Assembly (NCBI GenBank): GCA_963739695.1
Contig: CAVUBB010000019.1
Span: 96,735-160,734, forward strand
DNA from: an uncultured Pseudomonadota bacterium
GTDB lineage: Bacteria > Pseudomonadota > Gammaproteobacteria > Natronospirales > CAVUBB01
Length of the DNA stretch: 64,000 bases
Reading direction: 5' to 3'
Numbering within the stretch: position 1 is the stretch's first letter; each line of letters begins with the position of its first letter. The notes below the pieces were generated by a model. The model made no database searches and had not been told where the DNA came from. It saw nothing but the letters and a program-made list of their open reading frames with translations. The position numbers and the translations under genes were made by a program. Positions 21,942-30,506 of this stretch are shown one piece after another.

Positions 21942-23223
21942 GGTCGATATAGTCGCGGCGTGTGGCCCCGGTGTAGAGCTGGCGCGGCCGGCCGATGCGC
22001 AGGTGCGGGTCGGAGATCATCTCGCGCCAATGAGCGACCCAGCCCACGGTACGGGCGATGGCGAACATGACGGTGAACATGGCGGTGGGGATGCCCAGTG
22101 CCTTGTAGATGATGCCCGAATAGAAATCCACGTTCGGGTAGAGCTTCTTCTCGATGAAATACTCGTCGCTGAGCGCGATCTCCTCCAGCTTCATCGCCAG
22201 TTCGAACAGTGGATCATTCTTGCCGCCCAGGCGGTCGAGCACCTTGTAGCACATCTCGCGGATGATCTTGGCGCGCGGATCGTAGTTCTTGTACACGCGG
22301 TGACCGAAGCCCATCAGGCGGAACGGATCGTCCTTGTCCTTGGCCTTGTCGATGTACTTGCCGATGTTTTCCACCGAGCCGATGCGGTTGAGCATCGCGA
22401 GCACGGCTTCGTTGGCGCCGCCGTGCGCGGGGCCCCAAAGACAGGCGATGCCCGCGGCGATTGCGGCATAAGGGTTGGTGCCGGAGCTGCCCGCCAGGCG
22501 CACGGTGGAAGTCGATGCGTTCTGCTCGTGATCGGCATGCAGGATGAACAGCAGATCCAGTGCCTGCGCGGCGACCGGGTCGATCTCGTACTGCTCCGCC
22601 GGCACGGCGAAGAACATGCGCAACAGGTTCTCGCAGTAGCCGAGATCGTTACGCGGATGGATGAACGGCTGGCCCAGCGAGTGCTTGTAGGCCGCCGCCG
22701 CCATGGTCGGCATCTTGGCAATGATCCTGCGCGCGAAGATGTCGCGGTGTTCGGGATTCCGGATGTCGGTCGAGTCGTGGTAGAACGCCGACAGCGAACC
22801 CACCACCGCGGTCATCATCGCCATCGGATGCGCGTCGTAGTGGAAGCCGTGGAAGAAACGCAGCAGCGACTCGTTGATCATCGTGTGATACGAGATGGAA
22901 TTGGTGAACGCATCCAGTTCCTTCGCGCTCGGCAGCTCCCCATACATCAGCAGATAGGAGACTTCGAGGAAATTGCTCTTCTCGGCGAGCTGTTCGATGG
23001 GGTAGCCCCGGAACATCAACACCCCTTCGTTGCCGTCGATATAGGTGATGGCGCTCTCGCAGCTTGCTGTAGATACGAAACCCGGATCGAAGGTGAAGAC
23101 CTTGTGTTCGCGGTAGAGGCTGCCGATGTCGATGGTCGCGGGACCCAGCGTGCCTTCACGGACCGGAAGGCTGGCCGAGTCACCGGTGGCGGGGTTTACC
23201 AGGTCGTAAGTCTTGTCGCTCAT
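21928..23223 (-). CDS. gltA: Type II citrate synthase
   Basis: [58 protein letters not shown]. Confidence 0.97.
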   Translation of the reverse strand: MSDKTYDLVNPATGDSASLPVREGTLGPATIDIGSLYREHKVFTFDPGFVSTASCESAITYIDGNEGVLMFRGYPIEQLAEKSNFLEVSYLLMYGELPSAKELDAFTNSISYHTMINESLLRFFHGFHYDAHPMAMMTAVVGSLSAFYHDSTDIRNPEHRDIFARRIIAKMPTMAAAAYKHSLGQPFIHPRNDLGYCENLLRMFFAVPAEQYEIDPVAAQALDLLFILHADHEQNASTSTVRLAGSSGTNPYAAIAAGIACLWGPAHGGANEAVLAMLNRIGSVENIGKYIDKAKDKDDPFRLMGFGHRVYKNYDPRAKIIREMCYKVLDRLGGKNDPLFELAMKLEEIALSDEYFIEKKLYPNVDFYSGIIYKALGIPTAMFTVMFAIARTVGWVAHWREMISDPHLRIGRPRQLYTGATRRDYIDLSSR

Positions 23224-23459
23224 TCCCGTCTACTCCTGCGATTACTGGGCACGCGTTGTGGTCGCCGCCGGGCCCGCGAGTGGATTCTCTGGCTGATCCA
23301 CGGGGAGCAAAGATGCCGGACAAACCGCCGTGCATATAGGGACAAAGGCCGGTGTTGAAGGGGATCCTGGCCTGTGCCGGGCGCCTGCGCCGGAGGCGAG
23401 GCGGGCGTTGATTATAGGACAGCGAGCCCGCAAAAAAACAGCCGCCCCCCCTTGCGGGG

Positions 23460-24245
23460 TCAGTCGGCGGCGCTGAGGACCGCCGGATCGTGGATCACCA
23501 TCTCCGGATGGCCGTGATAGGCATGGAGCCAGCCGCGCGCGAGGATCTTCCGTCCCTTGTAGGCTGACGGCGCGGTCGAAAAGGCACCCAGATCCTTGTG
23601 CGGCAGCCAGAGCCAGACCCGGCCGCCGAGCTCGAGACGGACCCCTGCATGGAACGCGTGCACGGCGCTGACGGTGCCGCGGACGATGAGATAGCCGCTG
23701 TGGTCGCGGTCGACCTTACGCGCATCGACGATGAGCGGCGACGGTTTCGCCCAGAGCCCTTTGCCCTCGCGCCGGGCGGCAGCTTCCGCGGCGCGGTAAC
23801 AGTCGAGCCGGGTGATGTCGGGCGGGATGGCGATCAAGCTCGCCAGGCCCAGGCGCAGGATCGCCGCGCTGAGATCGTTGCCCGAGGCGGTATAGAGATG
23901 GGCCAGCAGCCGCCCGTAGCGATCGTGCGCGACGGGTCCGGGTGCGAGCAGAACTCGGTCATGCGCGCGGGCGATACGCGCCTTGAGGGCATCCCTCGCA
24001 GCCCGTGCGAAGGGCTGGTCCGGGTCACCGTCGTGGCCGATCTCGGGCGCGTTCAGCCCGATCAGGCGCACATGGCGGCCATCGCGGAGTACGGCCGTGT
24101 CGCCGTCGATGACGTAGCGAATCGAGGTCGCTTGCGCGTCAGCCGGGGGTGCGCATCCGGACGCTGCCGCGGCATGGCCCGCGAGCACGAACAGGAGGCA
24201 AAAAAACAGAGGGCGCCACCGGGCGCCCTCCGCATAGACGTTCAT
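23460..24245 (-). CDS. Secreted thermonuclease (SNase) family protein with C-terminal OB-like domain
   Basis: VIDGDT, VRLIGLNAPE, DRYGRLLAH, ARREGKGLW; signal-peptide-like N-terminus. Start codon uncertain. Confidence 0.85.
   Translation of the reverse strand: MNVYAEGARWRPLFFCLLFVLAGHAAAASGCAPPADAQATSIRYVIDGDTAVLRDGRHVRLIGLNAPEIGHDGDPDQPFARAARDALKARIARAHDRVLLAPGPVAHDRYGRLLAHLYTASGNDLSAAILRLGLASLIAIPPDITRLDCYRAAEAAARREGKGLWAKPSPLIVDARKVDRDHSGYLIVRGTVSAVHAFHAGVRLELGGRVWLWLPHKDLGAFSTAPSAYKGRKILARGWLHAYHGHPEMVIHDPAVLSAAD
24200..24230 (-). terminator. Intrinsic terminator of rpmE
   Basis: Minus strand GAGGGCGCC-cggt-GGCGCCCTC followed by TG-T7. Confidence 0.75.
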
Positions 24246-24256
24246 CCGCACCAGAT

Positions 24257-24466
24257 TCAGGCGGAGTTGCGCGCGTACTTCTTGCGGAACTTGTCGACGC
24301 GCCCGCCGGTGTCGACGATCTTCTGCTTGCCCGTGAAGAACGGATGGCACTGCGAGCACACTTCGATGGTGAGATCCTCGCCCATTGTAGAGCGCGTCTC
24401 GAAGCTGTTGCCGCAGCTGCAGGTGACCTTCACGGCTTTGTATTCGGGGTGGATTCCGGCTTTCAT
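24257..24466 (-). CDS. rpmE: 50S ribosomal protein L31 (Zn-binding type)
   Basis: [33 protein letters not shown]. Confidence 0.97.
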   Translation of the reverse strand: MKAGIHPEYKAVKVTCSCGNSFETRSTMGEDLTIEVCSQCHPFFTGKQKIVDTGGRVDKFRKKYARNSA

Positions 24467-24681
24467 CGCAAACCTCTGTGATCCAACTGCCGAGCCTCGT
24501 TCTGAGCGCCCGGAAAAAGAGCCGTGCATCTTAGCGGGAATCTTTGCGCTCAGCAAGCGCCGGCGTTGTATCGTCGGGTCGCTGCGCATCGCGCGGACAC
24601 CCGATCTTGGGTTAGCGTGACTTTGTGAGGAAGGCGTTCATGAAAACGTCGTAAGCGGTTGTTCTGTTCATGAAAAAATCT

Positions 24682-24716
24682 ATATCCACAGAAGCTGTGG
24701 ATAACTTTGTGGATGA
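24682..24716. promoter_or_regulatory. Three-DnaA-box cluster (DARS-type core)
   Basis: ATATCCACA-gaagc-TGTGGATAA-ctt-TGTGGATGA: one perfect and two single-mismatch TTATCCACA boxes with 5- and 3-bp spacers. Confidence 0.8.
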
Positions 24717-24801
24717 AATGGGGTAATCCGCGCCTAAGGCGCACGGTTATCGCCTTTGTTTCAAATCGGTGAAATCTTGAGCACGGTAATTTCAATCTAA
24801 T

Positions 24802-24814
24802 AATCAATAAGTTA
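24802..24814 (+). promoter_or_regulatory. IHF binding consensus
   Basis: AATCAA-TAAG-TTA matches WATCAANNNNTTR exactly and is preceded by an AT tract. Confidence 0.65.
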
Positions 24815-24884
24815 GGTTGCGTCCTCCAGGCCTTGCTTGGGTTTTGGTCTGATCTGTTGCATCCAGGCAACAGCGTGGCCGGCT

Positions 24885-24903
24885 TGTGAATAAGCCCTTG
24901 ATT
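24885..24903 (-). promoter_or_regulatory. Fourth DnaA box overlapping a second IHF consensus
   Basis: TGTGAATAA (24885-24893, = TTATTCACA) and minus-strand AATCAA-GGGC-TTA (24891-24903). Confidence 0.55.
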
Positions 24904-24922
24904 AACCATGCTTCGATCAGCT

Positions 24923-26104
24923 TTATCGTCCCCTGTCAGATTCACGTTCAGGCGGCTGTTCCGTCGGCAGAAACAGGGCCTGAAGATCGTTCAGCAGAGC
25001 ACGTCCGCGCGGGCTGGCTGTCCAGCGCTCGCCTGCGAATTCCACCAGGCCGAGTGCCTGCGCATGGCGTAACTGACCCAGGGTCTGTTCGAAGTCCAGC
25101 CCCGTCGCCGCTTCGAATGTGGCGCGAGTGAAGCCTTCACGCAGGCGCAAGGCATTGAGCATGAATTCGAAAGGCCGGTCGGCGGTTCCTACGCGGTGAC
25201 GGCTGGCCAGGACCTCTTCGCTTCCAGCGCGCGCCATATAGCGAGCCGGGTGCTTGATCCGGGCCATGCGCAATGGACCGTCAGCATCCCGCAGCAAGCT
25301 GTGCGCGCCCGCACCGATGCCGAGATATTCGCCGTAGCGCCAGTAATTGAGGTTGTGGCGACAACGAGCCCCGCCACGCGCATACGCGGAGACCTCGTAT
25401 TGGGCGAAACCGTGCCTGGCGAGCGCGTCCTGGGCTGCGATCTGCATCGCCCAGGCAGTGTCGTCGTCGGGGAGCGCGGGCGGATGCGCGTGGAACAGCG
25501 TGCCCGCTTCCAGCGTCAGCTGGTAGTGGGAGATGTGCGCCGGTTCCAGTGCGAACGCGGCATCGAGGTCGGCCAGCATGGCGGCACTGTCCTGGCCCGG
25601 CAGCGCATACATGAGATCGAGGTTGAAGTTGTCGAGCCCGGCCTTGTGCAGCTCGTCGACGGCACGGCGCGCGTCATCGGGATCGTGGATGCGCCCCAGC
25701 GTCTTGAGCTGATTGGCGTCGAAGCTCTGTACGCCCAGCGAGACCCGGTTGACACCGGCTCGGGCATAGGCGGTGAAGGCATCGTGCTCGATGGTTCCGG
25801 GGTTGGCCTCGAGAGTGATCTCGGCGTCGGCCGCTATGCCAGCGGTCTGGCCGGCGGCATCGATGATCCGCGCGATGCTGGCGGCCGAGAACAGGCTGGG
25901 GGTGCCGCCGCCGAAGAATATGCTGGTGAAAGTGCGGCCGCGGATGCCCGGCGCCTCGAACGCCAGATCCGCGAGCAGGGCGTCAAGGTATTGCTCTTCC
26001 GGCAGGCTGCGGCCGAGCGGATGCGAATTGAAGTCACAATAGGGGCACTTGCGCACACACCATGGCAGGTGCACGTAAAGAGCGATCTCCGCCTGCCGGG
26101 GCAC
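24923..26104 (-). CDS. hemW: Radical SAM heme chaperone HemW (YggW)
   Basis: YVHLPWCVRKCPYCDFNS, GGGTPS, EANP, YEVSAY, HNLNYW; follows rdgB. Confidence 0.93.
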   Translation of the reverse strand: MPRQAEIALYVHLPWCVRKCPYCDFNSHPLGRSLPEEQYLDALLADLAFEAPGIRGRTFTSIFFGGGTPSLFSAASIARIIDAAGQTAGIAADAEITLEANPGTIEHDAFTAYARAGVNRVSLGVQSFDANQLKTLGRIHDPDDARRAVDELHKAGLDNFNLDLMYALPGQDSAAMLADLDAAFALEPAHISHYQLTLEAGTLFHAHPPALPDDDTAWAMQIAAQDALARHGFAQYEVSAYARGGARCRHNLNYWRYGEYLGIGAGAHSLLRDADGPLRMARIKHPARYMARAGSEEVLASRHRVGTADRPFEFMLNALRLREGFTRATFEAATGLDFEQTLGQLRHAQALGLVEFAGERWTASPRGRALLNDLQALFLPTEQPPERESDRGR

Positions 26105-26116
26105 GGGGCTACCCTC

Positions 26117-26713
26117 TCAGCCCGGAACGCGGAGCGCTTCCACGAGCGCTGCCGCTGCTCGGGCGCGGTGGCTCAGCCTGTCTTTCTCGGCCGGTACCAG
26201 CTCGGCAGCGCTGGTGCCCGTCTCCGGCACCAGGAAGACCGGATCGTAGCCGAAGCCGTTGTGTCCCCGCGGCGAGTCGAGGATGCGCCCTTCCCAGGTC
26301 CCCTGCGCGATGACCGGTGTGGGATCGTCCGCGTGGCGCATGAAGACCATCAGGCAGCGAAATCGTGCGCCGCGTCGGGATTCGGGAAGGCCGGCAAGAC
26401 GCTCCAGCAGCAGGCGGAGATTGTCGTCGTCGCTGGCATCGGTACCGGCGAAACGCGCCGAACGGATACCGGGCGCGCCTTGCAGTGCGTCGACCTCGAG
26501 GCCGGAATCGTCGGCGATAGCGGGCAGCCCGGTCACGCGTGCGGCGTTACGCGCTTTGATGAGGGCATTCTCCACGAAGGTGGCGCCGGTCTCGTCGGCT
26601 GCGCCGACGCCGAGCGCGTCCTGGGCTGCGATCTCGTAGCCGAGCGGCGCCAGCAGATCCTTCATCTCGCGCAACTTGCCGGCATTGCCGGTCGCCAGTA
26701 CCACGCGTCTCAT
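26117..26713 (-). CDS. rdgB: dITP/XTP pyrophosphatase
   Basis: [30 protein letters not shown]. Confidence 0.95.
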   Translation of the reverse strand: MRRVVLATGNAGKLREMKDLLAPLGYEIAAQDALGVGAADETGATFVENALIKARNAARVTGLPAIADDSGLEVDALQGAPGIRSARFAGTDASDDDNLRLLLERLAGLPESRRGARFRCLMVFMRHADDPTPVIAQGTWEGRILDSPRGHNGFGYDPVFLVPETGTSAAELVPAEKDRLSHRARAAAALVEALRVPG

Positions 26714-27426
26714 CGTGCGAGTGCCGCCTGCTGTGCATCGAGCAGGGTGGCGATGCCGCCGCTGGCGAGATCCAGCAAGCGGTCGAGCTCCTCGCGCCGA
26801 AATGCATGGCCTTCCGCGGTGCCCTGGACTTCGATGAAGGCGCCGGCCTCGTTCATCACCACGTTCATATCGGTCTCGGCTTCGCTGTCTTCTGCGTAAT
26901 CGAGATCGAGTACGGGCATGCCGCGGAAGATGCCCACGGACACGGCGGCGATGGCACCATGGAGCGGATCGGTCTTGAGCTTGCCGGCCTTGAGCAGGCC
27001 GCGCACGGCGTCGGTGAGCGCGACATATGCGCCGGTGATGGCCGCGGTCCGCGTGCCGCCGTCGGCCTGGAGCACGTCGCAGTCGAGGATGATCATGCGC
27101 TCGCCCAGCGCGTCGAGATTCACCACCGCGCGCAGCGCCCGCCCGATCAGACGTTGGATCTCCATGGTGCGCCCGCCTTGCTTGCCGCGTGCAGCTTCGC
27201 GCTCGTTGCGCGAACCGGTCGCGCGCGGGAGCATGCCGTATTCGGCCGTGACCCAGCCGCGGCCGCTGCCACGCAGGAAGCCGGGAACCTTCTCCTCCAC
27301 GCTGGCCGTGCAGATCACCTTGGTGGCGCCGAAGCAGGCGAGGACGGAGCCCTCCGCGTGGGCCGTGAAGCCGCGTGTGAGGCTGATGGGTCGGAGCTGG
27401 TCTGCAGCGCGTCCACTGGGTCGCAT
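26710..27426 (-). CDS. rph: Ribonuclease PH
   Basis: [46 protein letters not shown]. Confidence 0.97.
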   Translation of the reverse strand: MRPSGRAADQLRPISLTRGFTAHAEGSVLACFGATKVICTASVEEKVPGFLRGSGRGWVTAEYGMLPRATGSRNEREAARGKQGGRTMEIQRLIGRALRAVVNLDALGERMIILDCDVLQADGGTRTAAITGAYVALTDAVRGLLKAGKLKTDPLHGAIAAVSVGIFRGMPVLDLDYAEDSEAETDMNVVMNEAGAFIEVQGTAEGHAFRREELDRLLDLASGGIATLLDAQQAALAR

Positions 27427-27519
27427 GGTGATCTCCCGGATCGGTCGAAGGGTGAGTATAAGGCTAGCGGCGTCCTGCGGATGGGGCGAATCGCTACCCG
27501 CGTAACCGCCAGGAGCGGC

Positions 27520-28287
27520 TTAGAACCGCGGCGGTTCGTCTTCGTCGGGGCCGAGCCAGCGCAAGGCCACTGCGGTGACATTGTCGCTGTGCGGCTTGCT
27601 GAGCTGGGTGGCCTCGATGGCAAGGTTCTCGAGCGTCTCTTCCACATCGGGCTCGGTACACAGGGCGTGCGCCATATGCGTCTCGTTCAATGGCGCCCAG
27701 AAACCGTCCGAACACAATAACAGCACATCGGCCGGGCGCAGTTCGGCCGCTTCGGCGATCTCGATCTCGGGCGTCTCCGGTTCCCCGCCCAGGCACTGGT
27801 CGACGAAGTTGCGCATGGGGTGGGTGAGCATCTCCTCGGCGCTGATGCGGCCTTCGCGATAGAGTGCCTCGACCGCGCTGTGATCGCGCGTGCGCGTGGC
27901 CACCGTGCCCGCGCGCAGCAGGTAGATGCGACTGTCGCCCACGTGCGCCCAGGTCGCTTCGCCTTCATCCATCAGGCACACGGTTATCGTCGTGCGCGGC
28001 CGGTCATCGAGCGGCGCGCTGGCGCCTAGGCGCACCACCGCCCGATGTGCGGTTTCGATACCCTTGAACAGGAACTGTGCGGCATCGGTGATCGGTTTGT
28101 TGGCGTCCTTGTAGGCCTTGGTCAGCGTGTCCACGGCGGTCTGTGCGGCGGCTTCACCTTCGGCGTGGCCACCCATGCCATCGGCCACCACGAGCAGGAT
28201 CTGCGTGTCGCCGACGATGATCGTGGCGCGGTCCTGGTTGTTCTGCCGGTCGCCGATGAGGGAGACCTGTGCCGTCTCGATGTTCAA
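27520..28287 (-). CDS. PP2C (PPM) family Ser/Thr protein phosphatase
   Basis: GDRQNNQD, VADGMGGH, HVGDSRIY, TRDHS, LCSDGFW, DNVT. Confidence 0.92.
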   Translation of the reverse strand: MNIETAQVSLIGDRQNNQDRATIIVGDTQILLVVADGMGGHAEGEAAAQTAVDTLTKAYKDANKPITDAAQFLFKGIETAHRAVVRLGASAPLDDRPRTTITVCLMDEGEATWAHVGDSRIYLLRAGTVATRTRDHSAVEALYREGRISAEEMLTHPMRNFVDQCLGGEPETPEIEIAEAAELRPADVLLLCSDGFWAPLNETHMAHALCTEPDVEETLENLAIEATQLSKPHSDNVTAVALRWLGPDEDEPPRF

Positions 28288-28440
28288 ACCTGGGAACCTC
28301 TGCTCAGTCCACTGTAGCGCGCCGGCCCTGATCGTGGGGACTGGCGCCGCTGGCGGAGGCAGTGTACTTCATTTCGTGCGCACCTCGGCGGCCGCGCGGC
28401 CCGCCGGAGCCGCCGATATGGTCCGCCGGGATATCCGTCC

Positions 28441-28468
28441 TTGGCCTCGGGCCCTGTGCCCGTATAAT
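28441..28468 (+). promoter_or_regulatory. Putative sigma70 promoter for yicC
   Basis: TTGGCC-16 nt-TATAAT. Confidence 0.45.
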
Positions 28469-28550
28469 TGTCGCCCAAAGCAAGCGTCGAGCGAAACGCC
28501 GCGCCGGATCCTCCGGGCCCGGCCCCTTCGCGACTGGGAGAACTAAGCAA

Positions 28551-29417
28551 ATGATCCGCAGCATGACCGGGTTCGCGCGCCGGGAGGCGCGGGGCGAATG
28601 GGGTCTCCTCGCCTGGGAGTTGCGCTCCATCAACCACCGTTACCTCGAGGTCCAGCTCCGGCTGCCCGAGGAGTTCCGTGCCCTCGAGAACGATTATCGC
28701 GAAGCGATCAAGGCCGAGTTGGGGCGCGGCAAGATCGACGCCGTGCTCCGCTACGAGGCCACCGCGGCTCCCAGCGGTTCGATCCAGGTCGATACCGCCC
28801 TCGCGGGCGCCGTGGCCGCGGCTGCACACGAGGCGGCCAGCGAACTGCGCAATCCCGGCTCGGTGAACCCTATCGATATCCTGCGCTGGCCTGGTGTGGT
28901 CAAGCGTGCCGACCCCGATCTTGCGCCGATCCACGCAGCCGCAGCCAAAGCACTCGACGAAGCGTTGTCCGCGCTGCGCGAGAACCGCACCGCTGAAGGG
29001 GCGCGCATCCGCGAGATGCTGCGCGAGCGCGGCACCGAGATATCTCGTCTGGTCGCCGGCGTGCGCGAACGTATCCCCGAGGTGCGCGCGCGTATCCGCG
29101 AGAAACTGCTCACCCGCATCGAAGAGCTTGGCGCCAAACCCGATGCCGACCGTCTCGAGCAGGAACTTGTATTCATCGCCCAGCGCCTCGACGTCGCCGA
29201 GGAACTGGATCGTCTCGACAGCCATGTCACCGAGATGGCGGACGCACTCGACCGCGACGAACCGGTCGGCCGGCGTCTGGACTTCCTGTTGCAGGAGTTC
29301 AATCGCGAAGCCAACACCCTGGGCTCGAAGTCTCAGGATACCGAGACGACCCAGGCCAGCGTCGAGCTCAAGGTGCTCATCGAACAGATGCGCGAACAGG
29401 TCCAGAACGTGGAGTGA
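28551..29417 (+). CDS. yicC: YicC/YloC family endoribonuclease
   Basis: MIRSMTGFAR, SINHRYLE, GRRLDFLLQEFNREANTLGSK, EQMREQVQNVE. Confidence 0.95.
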   Translation: MIRSMTGFARREARGEWGLLAWELRSINHRYLEVQLRLPEEFRALENDYREAIKAELGRGKIDAVLRYEATAAPSGSIQVDTALAGAVAAAAHEAASELRNPGSVNPIDILRWPGVVKRADPDLAPIHAAAAKALDEALSALRENRTAEGARIREMLRERGTEISRLVAGVRERIPEVRARIREKLLTRIEELGAKPDADRLEQELVFIAQRLDVAEELDRLDSHVTEMADALDRDEPVGRRLDFLLQEFNREANTLGSKSQDTETTQASVELKVLIEQMREQVQNVE

Positions 29418-29424
29418 GCCGGCT

Positions 29425-30057
29425 GTGAGTGCGCCTTCATCCAGCGGCCGCGGCCGCCTGTTCCTGATCTCGGCGCCATCCGGAGCCGGCAAGACCAGTC
29501 TCGTGCGGCGCCTGGAGGCCGAAGACCCGGCGTTGTGTTTCTCGATCTCCTATACCACGCGCCAGCGCCGGCCGAGCGAGGTCGACGGGCGCGATTATTT
29601 CTTCGTCGACATGGCCACCTTCGAGGCCATGGCCGCGCGCGGCGAGTTCCTCGAACATGCCGTCGTCTTCGGCAACTGCTATGGCACCTCGCGCCGCCAG
29701 GTCGAACAACTCCTGGTGGCGGGGCGCAGCGTGTTGGTCGAGATCGATTGGCAGGGTGCGGCCCAGGTCCGCACGCGGATGCCGGACGCGGTGAGCATCT
29801 TCATCCTGCCGCCCTCGCGGGCCGAGCTCGAACGTCGGCTGCACACCCGGCGCACCGACAGTACCGCGGAGATCCAGCGGCGCATGGCCGATGCCCGCGC
29901 CGAGATGTCGCACTGGTCCGAATTCGACTACGTGGTGGTCAACGACGACTTCGATACCGCACTTGCCGAGCTTGAGCGAATCGTCGCTGGCGACGGCGAG
30001 GCGAGCCGTTGCGACCGCCCGCAACTCGTGCCCCTGGTGGAGGAGTTGCTGGCTTAA
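29425..30057 (+). CDS. gmk: Guanylate kinase
   Basis: SAPSGAGKTS, SYTTR, EVDGRDYFFV, EIDWQGA, FILPPS. Confidence 0.95.
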   Translation: MSAPSSSGRGRLFLISAPSGAGKTSLVRRLEAEDPALCFSISYTTRQRRPSEVDGRDYFFVDMATFEAMAARGEFLEHAVVFGNCYGTSRRQVEQLLVAGRSVLVEIDWQGAAQVRTRMPDAVSIFILPPSRAELERRLHTRRTDSTAEIQRRMADARAEMSHWSEFDYVVVNDDFDTALAELERIVAGDGEASRCDRPQLVPLVEELLA

Positions 30058-30195
30058 TCCCGGTACTTCAAGTACACTAAAAAACAGTGAGTTAGCGGGG
30101 ATTTTGCCCGTCTTTCGAGCCTGATCCGCCAGCTGTGGCGGTGGGCTGGTGACGAGGCAAGTGCCTGCTTTTGGTCGGTTTTCGGAGTTTTCATC

Positions 30196-30465
30196 ATGGC
30201 GCGAGTGACGGTAGAAGATTGTCTGGACAAGGTCGAGAACCTGTTCCAGTTGGTATTGGTGGCGACCAAACGGGCGCGTCAGCTGAGCCGGGGCGTCGAA
30301 CCCAAGCTGGATTGGGAGAACGACAAGCCGACGGTCGTGGCGCTGCGCGAGATCGCCGAAGGCCATGTCGGCCCCGAGATCCTCGACGAGGTGGACCAGC
30401 CGGAGCGGGAGGAAGAAGTCCCCGAGATTCCGGTTTTTGCCGCTGACGCCGAGGAGCCCATCTAA
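30196..30465 (+). CDS. rpoZ: RNA polymerase omega subunit
   Basis: [27 protein letters not shown]. Confidence 0.97.
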   Translation: MARVTVEDCLDKVENLFQLVLVATKRARQLSRGVEPKLDWENDKPTVVALREIAEGHVGPEILDEVDQPEREEEVPEIPVFAADAEEPI

Positions 30466-30506
30466 GCCGGACCCCTTCCCCACACTTCCCGCCCGGGCGC
30501 GCACGC

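Noticed and set aside
24600-24922. Interpretation as oriC
   Set aside because: No dnaA, dnaN, gidA or parAB neighbours, few GATC sites and no clear repeated unwinding element; box geometry fits a DARS core better. Not fully excluded without GC skew.
24550-24945. 131-aa ORF across the hemW-rpmE gap
   Set aside because: Atypical composition and no family features; the region is better explained by DnaA and IHF sites.
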